Positions 34,527 through 44,000 of a DNA stretch of 64,000 nt are shown in pieces. Every line of letters begins with the position of its first letter. Position 1 is the first letter of the stretch. Made by a program: the position numbers and the translations under genes. Under the pieces are notes generated by a model. It did not search any database. It was given only the letters and a program-made list of their open reading frames with translations, and was not told where the DNA came from. Source of the stretch: Phoronis australis (Eukaryota; Animalia; Phoronida); NCBI GenBank assembly GCA_002633005.1, contig NMRA01000158.1, forward strand, positions 684,433 to 748,432, given 5' to 3'.

Positions 34527-36341
34527 GCATACATATACATACATACATAATTATATAACATACATATACACACATATACATATATACATACATACATACA
34601 TACATATACACACATATACATACATACATACATAACATACATATACACACATACACATACATACATACATACATATACATACATACAGATACATACATAT
34701 ACATACATACACATACATACATACATACATACATATACAATTGTATGTATAGTAAGCACACTTTCAATGACAGGAGCATCAACTGACCTTTTAACGGATA
34801 TTGAGACACTATGTGTACAAAAAATTGTGTGAAACCGGCTAGCAATTTCAGACAAATCGACGGACTCTACCCAACTAAACTGTGCCGTCGAATTCATGTT
34901 GTGTAGTGGATTTAGAAACAACTTACAAAATTGAAAGCTGTGAACATATCAACTACATAATGAATCAAGTAAAGTTGTTGATCTCCTTTGCCCGTTTATC
35001 GAACACATGATTCACTTTTGCCACTTGTTGGATTAACTATTTTATATCCCACAAATGTATGATCTGCAATGCAACACCGTTGACGCATAAAATCTCACCT
35101 GTTTCAGGCAAAAACAATTGCCAAATTAGACCTTTTTCCAAAGGCTTCAAATATTGTTGTGAATGCCCATATTTTTTCGAAACATTGGCTGGTGGTAGAT
35201 GTGGTCCGGTCGCCCATTCCACGACAATGACTCAAGTTCATTTTTTGACTTAAGTCTAAGATTTGTCTCAACTTCAAAACTTTGTAATTTCCACATGCGG
35301 CAAGTTAGTCAAAATTAAGACAAAACTTAAGTCGAAGACAAACTTTCTTGAAACAGACTTGAGACAACTTAAAGTTTAATCTTAAAATTGACTGAAATTT
35401 AAAATTTGTCTGGGCTAAATCAGTTTTCTTGAAACGGGCCCCAAAACGTTAAACTAATAACCGATTGTTAGGAGCTACTTAATATATTTTCTGAAAAAAA
35501 TGTAAAATTAATTTTTACTCGTCTGCCACACTGTGTCCTAATTAATTTGGCAAGATTTTACTGTAAAAAAGTTCATATAAAGCTGCGTCCTAAGGAAATA
35601 ATACTTCCAAAGGAAAGGGAACAGTATCAGGCTGTAATCAGTGCAACGGGCCCAGCCCTCTTGAGTGACCAGCACAGGTCTGTGTGCCAGACCGCCAACA
35701 ATTATAATTCTTTTATGTCAGGCTGTCAACTAACATCATTTGGCATAGAAAAAACATCATACAAACATGCTGGCACTTCTTGGACCCAGTGACAAAATGA
35801 CGTTACATAACTGTCAACACAACGTTATGCCGACTACTCACCAAGTGTACAGTGTCGCCCCCTCCCTTCAGTGTCGAGATGGCCGTGGTGTAGTCCACGT
35901 TCTCCAGTGAATAGCCATTCACACTTAGCACTCGGTCATTAATTCTGCCAAACGACAACAAAATAGCAATTGAAAATGCTCAGCACGCAACAGATAAAAT
36001 CCTAGCCCAAGTAAAAGCATTTAACCCAATTAAGCGTAATACCTAAACCTTTATACAACATTTCTGGTTACAGGTGTTCCAATACAAAAACAATTTGTTC
36101 GTTTTAAATACAAGAGCAATTACGTAAAGAAAATGAATTTCAGATATACGTTTCAAAGCAGCACTTACTGTAGCTTTCCCTCAGCAGGCCCAGCTTTGAG
36201 AACATCAGATATAGCTATGGATGGGTCACCATTAGCGAAGTGGGGGTTGTCACGGCCACCGCTGACTGCTATCCCGAAGCCAAAGCCGGGCATTTTCGTC
36301 AAGGCAACATTGTGCGTCTCCCAGATGACCCGCTCCCCAAT
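5661..36341 (-). CDS. TJP1: Tight junction protein ZO-1 / polychaetoid-like MAGUK, core multi-exon CDS (31 exons; PDZ1-3, SH3, GK, ZU5); 5' exons lie further upstream
   Basis: Recognisable ZO-family peptides: [30 protein letters not shown] (PDZ1), [12 protein letters not shown]...[13 protein letters not shown] (SH3), [16 protein letters not shown] and [24 protein letters not shown] (GK), [15 protein letters not shown] (ZU5), C-terminal SVSVLVDHF*. All exons join in consistent phase through GT-AG introns. Confidence 0.96.
6721..6864 (-). CDS. TJP1: ZO-1 ZU5 exon ([29 protein letters not shown]...)
   Basis: ZU5 signature; tgcag| acceptor and |gtaagc donor, phase 1-1. Confidence 0.95.
7051..8262 (-). 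mobile_element. Helentron-associated non-autonomous element (HINE/DINE-1-like) with internal tandem repeats
   Basis: Hairpin TACTTGGCGGAA-ttc-TTCCGCCAAGTA (8233-8259), matching subterminal copy ACTTGGCGGAA at 7078, short hairpin CGCTC-ggag-GAGCG followed by a T-run on the minus strand, and internal ~260-bp and ~70-bp repeats. Confidence 0.7.
7970..8155. mobile_element. Small MITE/inverted repeat with 52-bp perfect arms nested in the HINE, next to an N at 8156
   Basis: 7970-8021 is the exact reverse complement of 8104-8155. Confidence 0.7.
8431..8853. mobile_element. PIF/Harbinger-type MITE
   Basis: tta|AGTCCCGTTTAGAC...GTATAAACGGCACT|tta: imperfect TIRs with a 3-bp TTA target duplication. 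Confidence 0.7.
8952..9062 (-). CDS. TJP1: ZO-1 ZU5 exon ([37 protein letters not shown])
   Basis: Highly conserved ZO-1 ZU5 peptide; phase 1-1, canonical splice sites. Confidence 0.95.
9375..9658. mobile_element. Foldback-type MITE with 82-bp perfect TIRs, 4-bp TSD (TCCA) and internal 51-bp tandem units
   Basis: 9375-9456 is the reverse complement of 9577-9658; TCCA on both flanks; a related host sequence lacking the insert occurs near 12390-12410. Confidence 0.85.
9935..10117. repeat. Degenerate ~48-bp tandem repeat (about 4 units)
   Basis: Recurrent AAATATGTAAATCAG...TTTACTAA.ACT.AG.AGAG at a 48-bp period. Confidence 0.6.
10236..10333 (-). CDS. TJP1: ZO-1 exon, start of ZU5 ([33 protein letters not shown])
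   Basis: Matches ZO-1 HTVVATARG(I/V)F..GGVL.S.ETG; acceptor cattccag| (phase 2), donor |gtcagt. Confidence 0.9.
10528..10650 (-). CDS. TJP1: ZO-1 tail exon ([40 protein letters not shown])
   Basis: Open frame, phase 2-2, ttttacag| and |gtaagc sites. Confidence 0.8.
11638..12309. repeat. 19-bp minisatellite (CAAGTGACCTCAATAGGGC), 35 units plus a partial unit
   Basis: 27 identical units followed by variant units; no spacers. Confidence 0.97.
12743..12838 (-). CDS. TJP1: ZO-1 tail exon ([31 protein letters not shown])
   Basis: 96-nt phase 2-2 open exon with a pyrimidine-rich acceptor; shares FESYKK with the next exon. Confidence 0.72.
13842..14339 (-). CDS. TJP1: ZO-1 Pro/Tyr/Gln-rich tail exon ([16 protein letters not shown]...YSPSNERI)
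   Basis: GC-rich 498-nt open frame, tttcag| and |gtaagt, phase 2-2. Confidence 0.88.
15128..15280 (-). CDS. TJP1: ZO-1 tail exon ([19 protein letters not shown]...KLRNYENSN); alternative acceptor at 15325
   Basis: Phase 2-2 open exon; its acceptor is tandemly duplicated (45 bp). Confidence 0.8.
16239..16456 (-). CDS. TJP1: ZO-1 tail exon ([18 protein letters not shown]...HDPYRFTR...PEVAPKP)
   Basis: Open frame, phase 0-2, canonical sites. Confidence 0.85.
17098..17267 (-). CDS. TJP1: ZO-1 tail exon ([17 protein letters not shown]...SPTTEFSK)
   Basis: Phase 1-0, ctttag| and |gtaagc. Confidence 0.82.
17555..17800. repeat. Degenerate (TATTG)n microsatellite
   Basis: Pentamer periodicity; explains the C/I/L/Y ORF at 17565. 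Confidence 0.85.
17919..18185. mobile_element. MITE with ~70-bp imperfect TIRs
   Basis: TTGTTAGATAACTT..TCTGCATTT.TCGTATTGTC.AAAAATACTC versus its reverse complement at 18140-18185. Confidence 0.7.
18945..19115 (-). CDS. TJP1: ZO-1 tail exon ([14 protein letters not shown]...[12 protein letters not shown]...DYSDPK)
   Basis: Phase 1-1, donor |gtaagt. Confidence 0.82.
19551..19623 (-). CDS. TJP1: ZO-1 tail exon ([24 protein letters not shown])
   Basis: Phase 0-1 exon needed to keep frame between neighbours; tttcag| and |gtatgt. Confidence 0.75.
19749..19796 (-). ncRNA. Minimal type-I hammerhead-like motif (Penelope-type), probably decayed
   Basis: gtttatatc-CTGATGA-tgt..loop..acac-GAAA-CGTT-gatttaac; flanks can form helix I, but the G10.1 position is missing. 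Confidence 0.4.
20533..20556 (-). CDS. TJP1: Candidate 24-nt microexon (PVYHDRRQ)
   Basis: ttttctgtcag| acceptor, CAG|gtaaaa donor, symmetric phase 0. Confidence 0.55.
21186..21422 (-). CDS. TJP1: ZO-1 post-GK (U6-region) exon ([27 protein letters not shown]...)
   Basis: Resembles ZO-1 DD.L....RLSY.S.P.SE; phase 0-0. Confidence 0.9.
21806..21906 (-). CDS. TJP1: ZO-1 GK C-terminal exon ([33 protein letters not shown])
   Basis: Matches ZO-1 GWY..LK..I..QQ...VW.SE.K; phase 1-0. Confidence 0.93.
22461..22671 (-). CDS. TJP1: ZO-1 GK exon ([28 protein letters not shown]...SHLFS)
   Basis: Highly conserved ZO GK peptide; phase 0-1. Confidence 0.95.
23210..23286 (-). CDS. TJP1: ZO-1 GK exon ([25 protein letters not shown])
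   Basis: SGIIRL....IID motif; phase 1-0. Confidence 0.92.
23406..23656. mobile_element. hAT-like MITE, older copy related to 25175-25671
   Basis: TAGGGCTTGAAATGACCAATGACAAAAA...ATTCCAAGCCCTG, same termini as the other copy. Confidence 0.65.
23814..23909 (-). CDS. TJP1: ZO-1 GK start exon ([31 protein letters not shown])
   Basis: MAGUK GK RPVV motif; phase 1-1. Confidence 0.93.
24456..24506 (-). CDS. TJP1: ZO-1 exon ([16 protein letters not shown])
   Basis: Matches ZO-1 TKFPAYERVVL; phase 1-1. Confidence 0.92.
25175..25671. mobile_element. hAT-like MITE with 13-bp TIRs and 6-bp TSD
   Basis: cttcca|CAGGGCTTGGAAT...ATTCCAAGCCCTG|cttcca. Confidence 0.8.
27440..27594 (-). CDS. TJP1: ZO-1 SH3-end/U5 exon (AEQLASAAK...[25 protein letters not shown])
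   Basis: RAEQLA motif and basic U5 segment; phase 2-1. Confidence 0.92.
28118..28340 (-). CDS. TJP1: ZO-1 SH3 exon
   Basis: [12 protein letters not shown]...[20 protein letters not shown]...GVIPNKTR; phase 1-2. Confidence 0.95.
28755..28857 (-). CDS. TJP1: ZO-1 PDZ3 second exon ([34 protein letters not shown])
   Basis: TREEAV..LL motif; phase 0-1. Confidence 0.93.
29305..29455 (-). CDS. TJP1: ZO-1 PDZ3 first exon ([28 protein letters not shown]...GDELLR)
   Basis: PDZ3 signature VGIRL.GGN.VGIFV; phase 2-0. Confidence 0.95.
30227..30265 (-). CDS. TJP1: Candidate 39-nt cassette exon ([12 protein letters not shown])
   Basis: ttttctatttccaag| and TG|gtaagg; symmetric phase 2 and stop-free. Confidence 0.45.
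31053..31146 (-). CDS. TJP1: ZO-1 PDZ2-PDZ3 linker exon ([30 protein letters not shown])
   Basis: Phase 1-2 exon required for frame; ccttag| and AG|gtaatc. Confidence 0.8.
32009..32230 (-). CDS. TJP1: ZO-1 linker exon ([14 protein letters not shown]...[13 protein letters not shown])
   Basis: Pro-rich open frame, phase 1-1, |gtaagt. Confidence 0.85.
32747..32894 (-). CDS. TJP1: ZO-1 PDZ2 C-terminal exon ([31 protein letters not shown]...)
   Basis: Matches PDZ2 IN....N.SL..A..LI..S..KL..VV; phase 0-1. Confidence 0.92.
33542..33645 (-). CDS. TJP1: ZO-1 PDZ2 exon ([34 protein letters not shown])
   Basis: PDZ2 signature SLAA.DG...EGD; phase 1-0. Confidence 0.94.
33890..33980 (-). CDS. TJP1: ZO-1 PDZ1-end/PDZ2-start exon ([30 protein letters not shown])
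   Basis: PTKVTL.K matches the start of ZO-1 PDZ2; phase 0-1. Confidence 0.92.
34475..34737. repeat. (TACA)n/(CA/TA) compound microsatellite
   Basis: Seen directly; produces spurious MYVC ORFs. Confidence 0.95.
35842..35944 (-). CDS. TJP1: ZO-1 PDZ1 second exon ([34 protein letters not shown])
   Basis: NDRV..VNG.S..NV motif; phase 2-0. Confidence 0.94.
36169..36341 (-). CDS. TJP1: ZO-1 PDZ1 first exon
   Basis: IWE.H.V.L...[34 protein letters not shown]; phase-0 acceptor tgtttcag|. Confidence 0.96.
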
Positions 36342-38785
36342 CTGAAACAATTCATCAGGAAGCTGTGAATTAACATGTTTTGTTTGTTTCTTTCATATGC
36401 TGGCTAAAACAAAAGCGTTTTTGACTGTGTTCTGGTTGGTAATGAAAATGCCAAGGTATGGAAATGGTTGTTATGGCCACCTTGATGTTGACAGATGAGA
36501 TAACCCAAAACTGCTGGAGTTTTCTTGCGTGCTTTTGAAGCGAAATCACTTCCACATGCGTAGAGATAGAGTGCCTCTATTTATTGTATTAATGAGTACA
36601 TTACAGAGTGAACATAGCCTCGCTTTAAAAACGAAAAGGGCAGTGAAAAACAAAACTTATTGGCAAAAATTACCCTTTGTGGGCTGGCTAAAATATTTGC
36701 ACTTTCACTGTTGAAAACTGCTAGTCTTCTCACCACTCCTGTGAACCTATTAAATGCCTGACAAAATATCTAACAATACACTGATAGCTCTATCTTTTGG
36801 AAGAAACTTTCATTTCTTCAAGGCCCATGAACAAAATTGTAGCAATCTAAAGTTTTGTTACATCTATAAATAAAGGTACACTTCTCCCAGCTGAAATTGC
36901 CCGTGTTATTAAGATTGTTTTTTAGCAGACAATACCTTTTCAGTAGACTGAGTTGATTATTTACAACAGTTGGTTATCGGTCGATATTAGGATGTTTACT
37001 TGACTGTTGATCTAATATTTCACGTGACATGGCGCTATGCACACAGCTCAATCTGACATAGCATACGACCAGACAACGATCTCAAACCACCACCCGTTTT
37101 TGAAGCAGAGCTACTACCGCGGGATCATCTTGCGTGAGATCAGTTTGCACCACATTAGTTACTCAAATGAACACAAGGGGGTGTCAAGGACGTAGCAATA
37201 TTCTCACACAGCTGTCCTCACTATCACACCACTTAACTCATTACTAATACATTTCCGTATGTGTAAATTACATAGCACCACTTAACACATTGCTTGAGAT
37301 ATTGTGCATATGAATTCTAGATAGCTAAGCAGTAGCACTATACTTTTAGACACCTAACAAGGCCCTAGAAGGCTCCGTAAATGAGAGCCGACGAGGAGCA
37401 TAGTGCCCCGTGAAAATTTCCCGTGTTGAAATTGCCTTCTTGGAAATAAAATACAAGAGGCCCTACACGTTATCTCACTGAGACATTATTAAGCAGCACA
37501 GATCAGTTGGGTCACCACAACGGTGCTCAAAATGAACATGGGACTCCTTTCCATACTCCAACACATTAGAGTACAACACAGGCAAAACTAAATAACAAGA
37601 CAGGTGTTTCAAGGATTGCTTACTTATGACTAAGGAGATTTCAATGTATGCATAAACTGACAAGACACATACTGATGTAAACAAGGAATGAGTTGAAACC
37701 ATGCCAGCACTCCCTTTCATCTTGTCCTTGACACTCTAAAGGCGATTTTTTTTTCTGCATAACCTCCGAAAAAAATTACGAAGAGATCGATTTGTCTCAC
37801 AAGACGAAATCCATATGACGAGACTGATGTCATGAATTTAGCTGCTTAGAACAATAATTCTGTCATCCAACTTTTACGGCAGAGGGTATTTTGTGCCTTT
37901 GAACTATAATAACTTCTGTCCTTCTGGTAGGACAACTTTGCCCAATCTTGCCATCAATACACCATAACTGTGTTATGGCTGGCGATGGAACTTTCATAGT
38001 ACAAATGTTAAGCGCCACCTATGAGTAACAATTTATAAGGATGAACAGCTAAAGAGGAATTTTACAACAATTTTTTAATTCTTAGTAATAATGCTGCTTT
38101 AAAATTACCACTGTTGTACTGTGACTTACAAAAATGTCAACAGTATGATGTATTCAATGCTGAAAGAATTTATCTTTCATCTATGTCAGACTTGGTTCAT
38201 CTTATCTTTAGAACAAGGAGATTAGATCTAGTGGAAATTGCTTTCAAGATTTCAATGCCATTCATGAAGACTGGACAGACATTTCATTCAACTGGTCTGT
38301 GGTTCTTCTTCAATGTATTAACATTCAGTGAAGCGTGCCTGGTTCAATAGCTGAGCTTAAACTAGTACAGGCCTAAGCTTATTTTTAATACCATTTAATA
38401 GGCAGAAAAATTGTCCGTTCAATCATCCAACTAGAGAAAACCATTGTGCACCTAGTCTACAGACAGACTCCATACAGGAATTTTGAATAGGCACAGTACT
38501 TAACTCTGCATGATGCCCAAGTCGACTCTGAAAACTAACAATAATTCAATTTCCCTTTCATCAATGGACACACTGCTTTCTAACATAAAAGGATAAGACA
38601 TAACTATCTGTAGCTGTGGTACAAAGGTGTGCGCTTTGAGTTAGTTACACATAGGTACAACCAAGGACTAGCATGACTGCTGTTGCCATTTAGCCGGCAT
38701 CATGTGAGTCAAACTGCCCTGACGGGGCAGCACTAAGACAACCCGGAACAACATATAAGCTGTTGCCATTAAGCCAGCTTCATAC

Positions 38786-38812
38786 CCTAGAAGTCAATGA
38801 CGCTGCTGCCAT
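38786..38812 (-). CDS. TJP1: Possible short alternative first coding exon (MAAASLTSR)
   Basis: ATG preceded by an in-frame stop, GC-richer leader, AGG|gtatga phase-0 donor. Confidence 0.3.
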
Positions 38813-40659
38813 GCAGCCAGTGTTTCATCTCCGCAAGAAGAACAACACCACCACCTTCCAACCAGGCCCTGCCGCTCATCCACGTCCACACCAACCACAG
38901 CAAGGACAGAGGGCGAGATCGACCAATCTTGCAAAGCTGTCCGAGGGCTTCGCCCCCCCATCTACTCTACTAGTACTAGTCACACATAGGTGAATGATTA
39001 TCTAAGCCATCTACAGCTTGCCTGGCCCGTATTAATCAGCACCACAGAGTAATGGTAAATAAAACGCCTAATCCAGAGATCAACGGATTTAGCACCCACA
39101 TCCACTAATAAGCAACCAGGTGTGAGCCTTTCATTCACCCGCATGTAATCCATACATCTGGGCTAGTGCCAGTATATCAATCCTTGATCTGGGGCACCAT
39201 GAAATGTAGAAGCCGCCTAATGACATACACAAAGTTGTACCTGAACAGAATCATCTGAACCTGCAATAGATGCACTGTCCTCTTCCTCTAGTCTCATACT
39301 AGCGCAGCACCTCAGCTCTACATCTAGAGCCACTGCAACATAAACCTGTCCATGTTAACTGTGTGGAGTCAATCCTTCAATTGGAGCCAATATGTTATAT
39401 TGCCAAATAAATACCAGTCTATATTTGAACAACAGCACACAACAAGCTATTCAAACACCTGCATTATACCACATACCACAGTTATTTTAGTCTAATGTTT
39501 GATAATAACATGATCAATAGGTTCTTGTTTCCGATTTGCAACATAAAATGTTATATTCTGATCATAAGAAACCTGGGCAAGCTAGCTAAGCTATTAATTA
39601 AACTAAAGAAATAAAAATCGAGTGAAAAAATCGACTGAGTATTTCAACTTCAACCAACAATTTTGTTGAATTTTGCTCAATTCAAAAACACTAAGCATGA
39701 GACTGGAGCTATACGACAATATTGCACGCTGAAAAGAGCTTCCGGTTCATTGCCTCGATGTACTGAATAATCTACAGAGACTGTCTTCTTGCCATGTGAG
39801 AAACACATTGAAGTGCAAGTGAGTGTTTTTCTTTCCTGATGAAAGAACAAACACATGGATTGTCTGCAAAAATGTCTAAGCATAATGAATCAATGAGCTG
39901 TCATATTGACCAAGGTATATTCCTTTATACAAGCTAATTTCAATGGACAAATTAGAGTGCTCGCCAGGACATCAGGGGAATTCACAGGATACAATCTATA
40001 GGTAAATGAGTGGAATACTATTACAAGTGGACAGAGAATAAACATCGATATAATGTTCTTTCATGCCAGATTGTTTTATATCAAACTGAACATACGTCCA
40101 ACATAGAAAATTCTAACAGAAGAAGACTGTGTGCCAAGACTGGATGATATAAGTAATATACCAAAGCCAAACCACATTAATACCATAAACAATCGAATTA
40201 ACGCCCACAATCATGTAAAGCCAACCAGGCAACCCCTTACTTTTGCTCACTTTCTATTTCTGAGAAATTTCACTTAAGCGCCGACTGCTCAAGCTAGCGG
40301 CCCTCTTTATTTGGTTCACCACACTGATTTTTAAGCAAAATAAAGTAAGGTTTCATATAAGCCAGAACATCACATTCTGTTAGTGGCTATGCCAAATGCA
40401 TTAAACCATGACTGTGAATTTGAAACAGACAGTTACCTAGACTACTTGTCAGCTGTAGACTCACAAGCTACATAACAACAAATTAATTTTTCAAAAGACC
40501 CTGTCTTTCCTCGCAATTTTAGGAACCATATCCCGGTCTTCTTTACTAAAGTGAAAGGCAGGTGACATCTTTGAGGGTGACCTATATTTCCATACGGTTA
40601 AAATTCTTCAATTTGGAACAAAATAATTGCTAAAATTATTGAATTTTTAATTTTCAGAA

Positions 40660-41080
40660 TATAAATCGGTAAATAAAACAACAAGAATGGATCAACTGAA
40701 ATTTGAAATTTTCGGAGGTAACAACTTCCTTTATCAACAAAAACAGAAATAAAGTAAAATCAAACACAAAATGACAATTGACATATAAGATACGGTGTAA
40801 TGAAAATGATACATTTTTGCATAAAAAATTCAATGACATATTTTAAGAAGTTTTTATGTTCAATCCATGAGGTTCTATTGTGTTCAGTTTGTCTATCCAA
40901 TATTGTTCTCTTTTAAGTCTGTGAGGGGTACTGGGGTGTTGGAGTTTTTCTATTATTTGTACAGAAAGATCTTGAATATTATGGTTTTTGGAATTGAAAT
41001 GATTACCTATAGTATCAGAAATGTTTTTGTGTATTATGTTAAATCTAATGTTCAGAGGCGCACTACATAGTTGCAAATGT
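40660..41080 (-). mobile_element. Penelope-like element relic: GIY-YIG endonuclease C-terminus plus 3' terminal-repeat segment
   Basis: HFNSKNH...LSVQIIEKL...RLKREQYWIDKLNTIEPHGLN is the typical PLE GIY-YIG tail; the downstream segment is repeated at about 42288-42366. Confidence 0.8.
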
Positions 41081-44000
41081 TCAATTGTTCAAGATGCAAG
41101 CTGCAAACAAAAGGAGGAGTTTGTGCTTAATGTATCCACCTTTGCACCTTCCAAGATTTTGAAGACATTCACATGTCAGTTCTAGAATTGCGGCAGGTAT
41201 TTTTCACTATGTATTTTCTCCTTTCTCAAGTTGCAAACTAAAGTTACCCCAATACACATAATTATTAGACAGGGCAGATTCAACTTGTCAACAATAGCCT
41301 TGCAGACAAATTCGTTGAATTTCAGGTTTGTCAACTTCAATTATTTTAAAGGTCATATAGATGGCGAGGATGACTGTCTAAATGAGGTAAAGCACCCATA
41401 TTTAGGCACGCATGTTACGTGGTTTACATCAAGCTATGAAATTTCGGATTTCAGCACATCTCTGAGTTAAGTGCCAACCTCTGATTCCCAAAGTGCCTAG
41501 TAAGTTAACTCAAATATTCAGGGTATGCACACTTATTCATGCCTTCATTCCTAAACCAGACTATGATATTCACCTAATTTCCCCTTTTCCAACAGTGAAC
41601 TTTTCATATTGGCGATGTCTAGAGTAATGAGAGTGTGAAAGTGACTGCAATTAATCCCCACTCAGTTTCAGTGGACAAAAATTTAATTAATACGTTCCGC
41701 CATTCCTTAAGCCTTATTCATCTTATTTTCCACTCAATAGTGGACTTTTCATGTAGGTGCCCTCTAGAGTAACGAGAGCGTGAAACTGACTGTGCTTAAG
41801 ATTTGATCCTGACTCAGATTCGGTAAACAGAAATTCCATTACTACATAGTGGTTCATTAATTTAAAAACAGAGGAATAAATCCCAATGTCGATCCCTCCC
41901 ATTGCTTGATTAGATTAACCTCACTAATTTATTTTAACTTTTTTACATCGGCTGGGATCGAAATTCTTCTGCTTTATCAGCTGCAGCCACTGATAATCAG
42001 GACACATATTCTTTGCAGGGAAAATGGGAAATTTATATGGAACGTGATGTCCTTACGTCTGATATTTCAAGAACTTTGCCTTCTAGCATAAGCCATATTA
42101 GTACACCTCATTACACAACAGTGGAAATTTGCCGGAATTATGATAACAGGAAAAATGTTAAAACCCAGTGGGCTAAAATCTCCCGTCTGCATTGCATGGG
42201 ATTTATAGGTGGCCATGAACGGCTGTCCACCAAAGACCTGATCCAAGTGCCATTAGGCGGAATAGTGCATTTCAATATGACACAATATATAAAGGTAAAT
42301 AAAACAACGAGAATGGATCAACTCAAATTTTCGGATATAATAACATCCTTCGTCAACAGAAACAGAACTAAAGACTTGTTTAATAAGACACAACTATTTC
42401 AAAAATCTGCGATCAAACACAACAGACAAACATCACTTCCTCTCTTACAGCTAATCTGCATGATAACTAAACTATGTAATCGCTGGTTTAACTGCATATC
42501 TAATCACTGTTTTTAATCACTTTTCTTGAGAAGTTTTAATCAATACTCTGATGGCTACTTACCCAAGATACCAATCCTTTCCCTTCATTAATAAACAATT
42601 AATAATTGCTAAACTGCCATTAGTTAAACAAGCAGTAAGTTGGTTCACTTTAAGGTGAAGTATGCAAAGCATCCGTCTCAGCAGGTGGTCTCTAATTTCC
42701 CTCACTATTTGCCAATTAATATTAACAGTAACCTTAGCTGGCAACCAAATTAGAATTGAAGTTGAGACATTTCCTATCAAAATCACTATGTTGAAATGTC
42801 AATCAACTTGGGTAATACCGTATTGCTCCTGGGGGTCAAACTAGAGACTAGGTAGCCAACATATGTGTTAAGTAGTTTAGAACTATATCCACAATTCTGT
42901 ATATTTAGCCAAATCTCTATAGAAAATTAGCTCTGTAAAAGTTAATATTCTCTGAAAGTAGGAAGCCCATACTCTATGTTTTTTTAACTTACAGTAATAC
43001 CAATCTATTATAAATTGGATCATATAATTAATGTGCCTTTTTATCAAATTTACATTAATAGTGAAACAATGATACCATTGACAAGAAGAAATTCAAATTG
43101 ATATAAATAATTATTCAAGAAGATATATCAAAAATGCTGTTATAGTTTTCTAAAACATCGTTTGGTTGTCCTTCATAAAAACCATAAAAATCCTAGTTTT
43201 TGATAGTCCATCAGGCTAAATTGGGACATTTTAAAAACAATTAACCAAGATTGTTAGTGAGAACAGCAGATAACGTTATAGTACTTGAAAGTCTGAAATG
43301 AATACAATCAACAATCAGCTATTTCTGAGACATGACAAAACAAAGTTAGCCAACAGTGGACATTTTGCTAGGGACCTATATAACCTTTATCAGATGATCA
43401 AGTTATGTTGAGTACCCAAAGGCAAAACACATGGGCCATCATGGAAACCATTAGTCCAACAATGTGTTGGTAAACACCACATCATCTCTTATGACTGGGA
43501 CCTACCTCTGTCCAGCTATCATTGTAAACATTGGTATTCTTAGGATACTCCAAGCTGGACAAGCTGCCTGACTGGTGATACATGGTGGCAGTCCACTGCC
43601 CTACACACACACACTGAGAGCCTTGTTATACGATGGGTCATAAATCCCACATCACTGATATAGAAGGTCAACAGAAACAGCTTTGATCCACAGCTAGGCC
43701 AGTGGTTGTAACTCCAGGTTATCACTAACAATAGCTATAGTAAGAGATAGCAGCCACTCAGATATCCCTAAGTCAATTTGTGTGACCAAGTTGAACTTTC
43801 ACAGTACACTGGGTTCCAGATTTGACCTTCTCCTTTCTTAGGGGGCACAGCTACTAACAAAGGGTGTGACAGTGTTGGGACACTGCTTACATAACACGCC
43901 TTTCACAGCAAAACTCCAAGTTTACACACACTCCTCAATGAGTGTTACACCACAACTGACAATGTGGGTCACGTCAATACAATACATTTGTACTGATCCC

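Noticed and set aside
34418-34921. MYVC-repeat ORFs
   Set aside because: Translation of a (TACA)n microsatellite.
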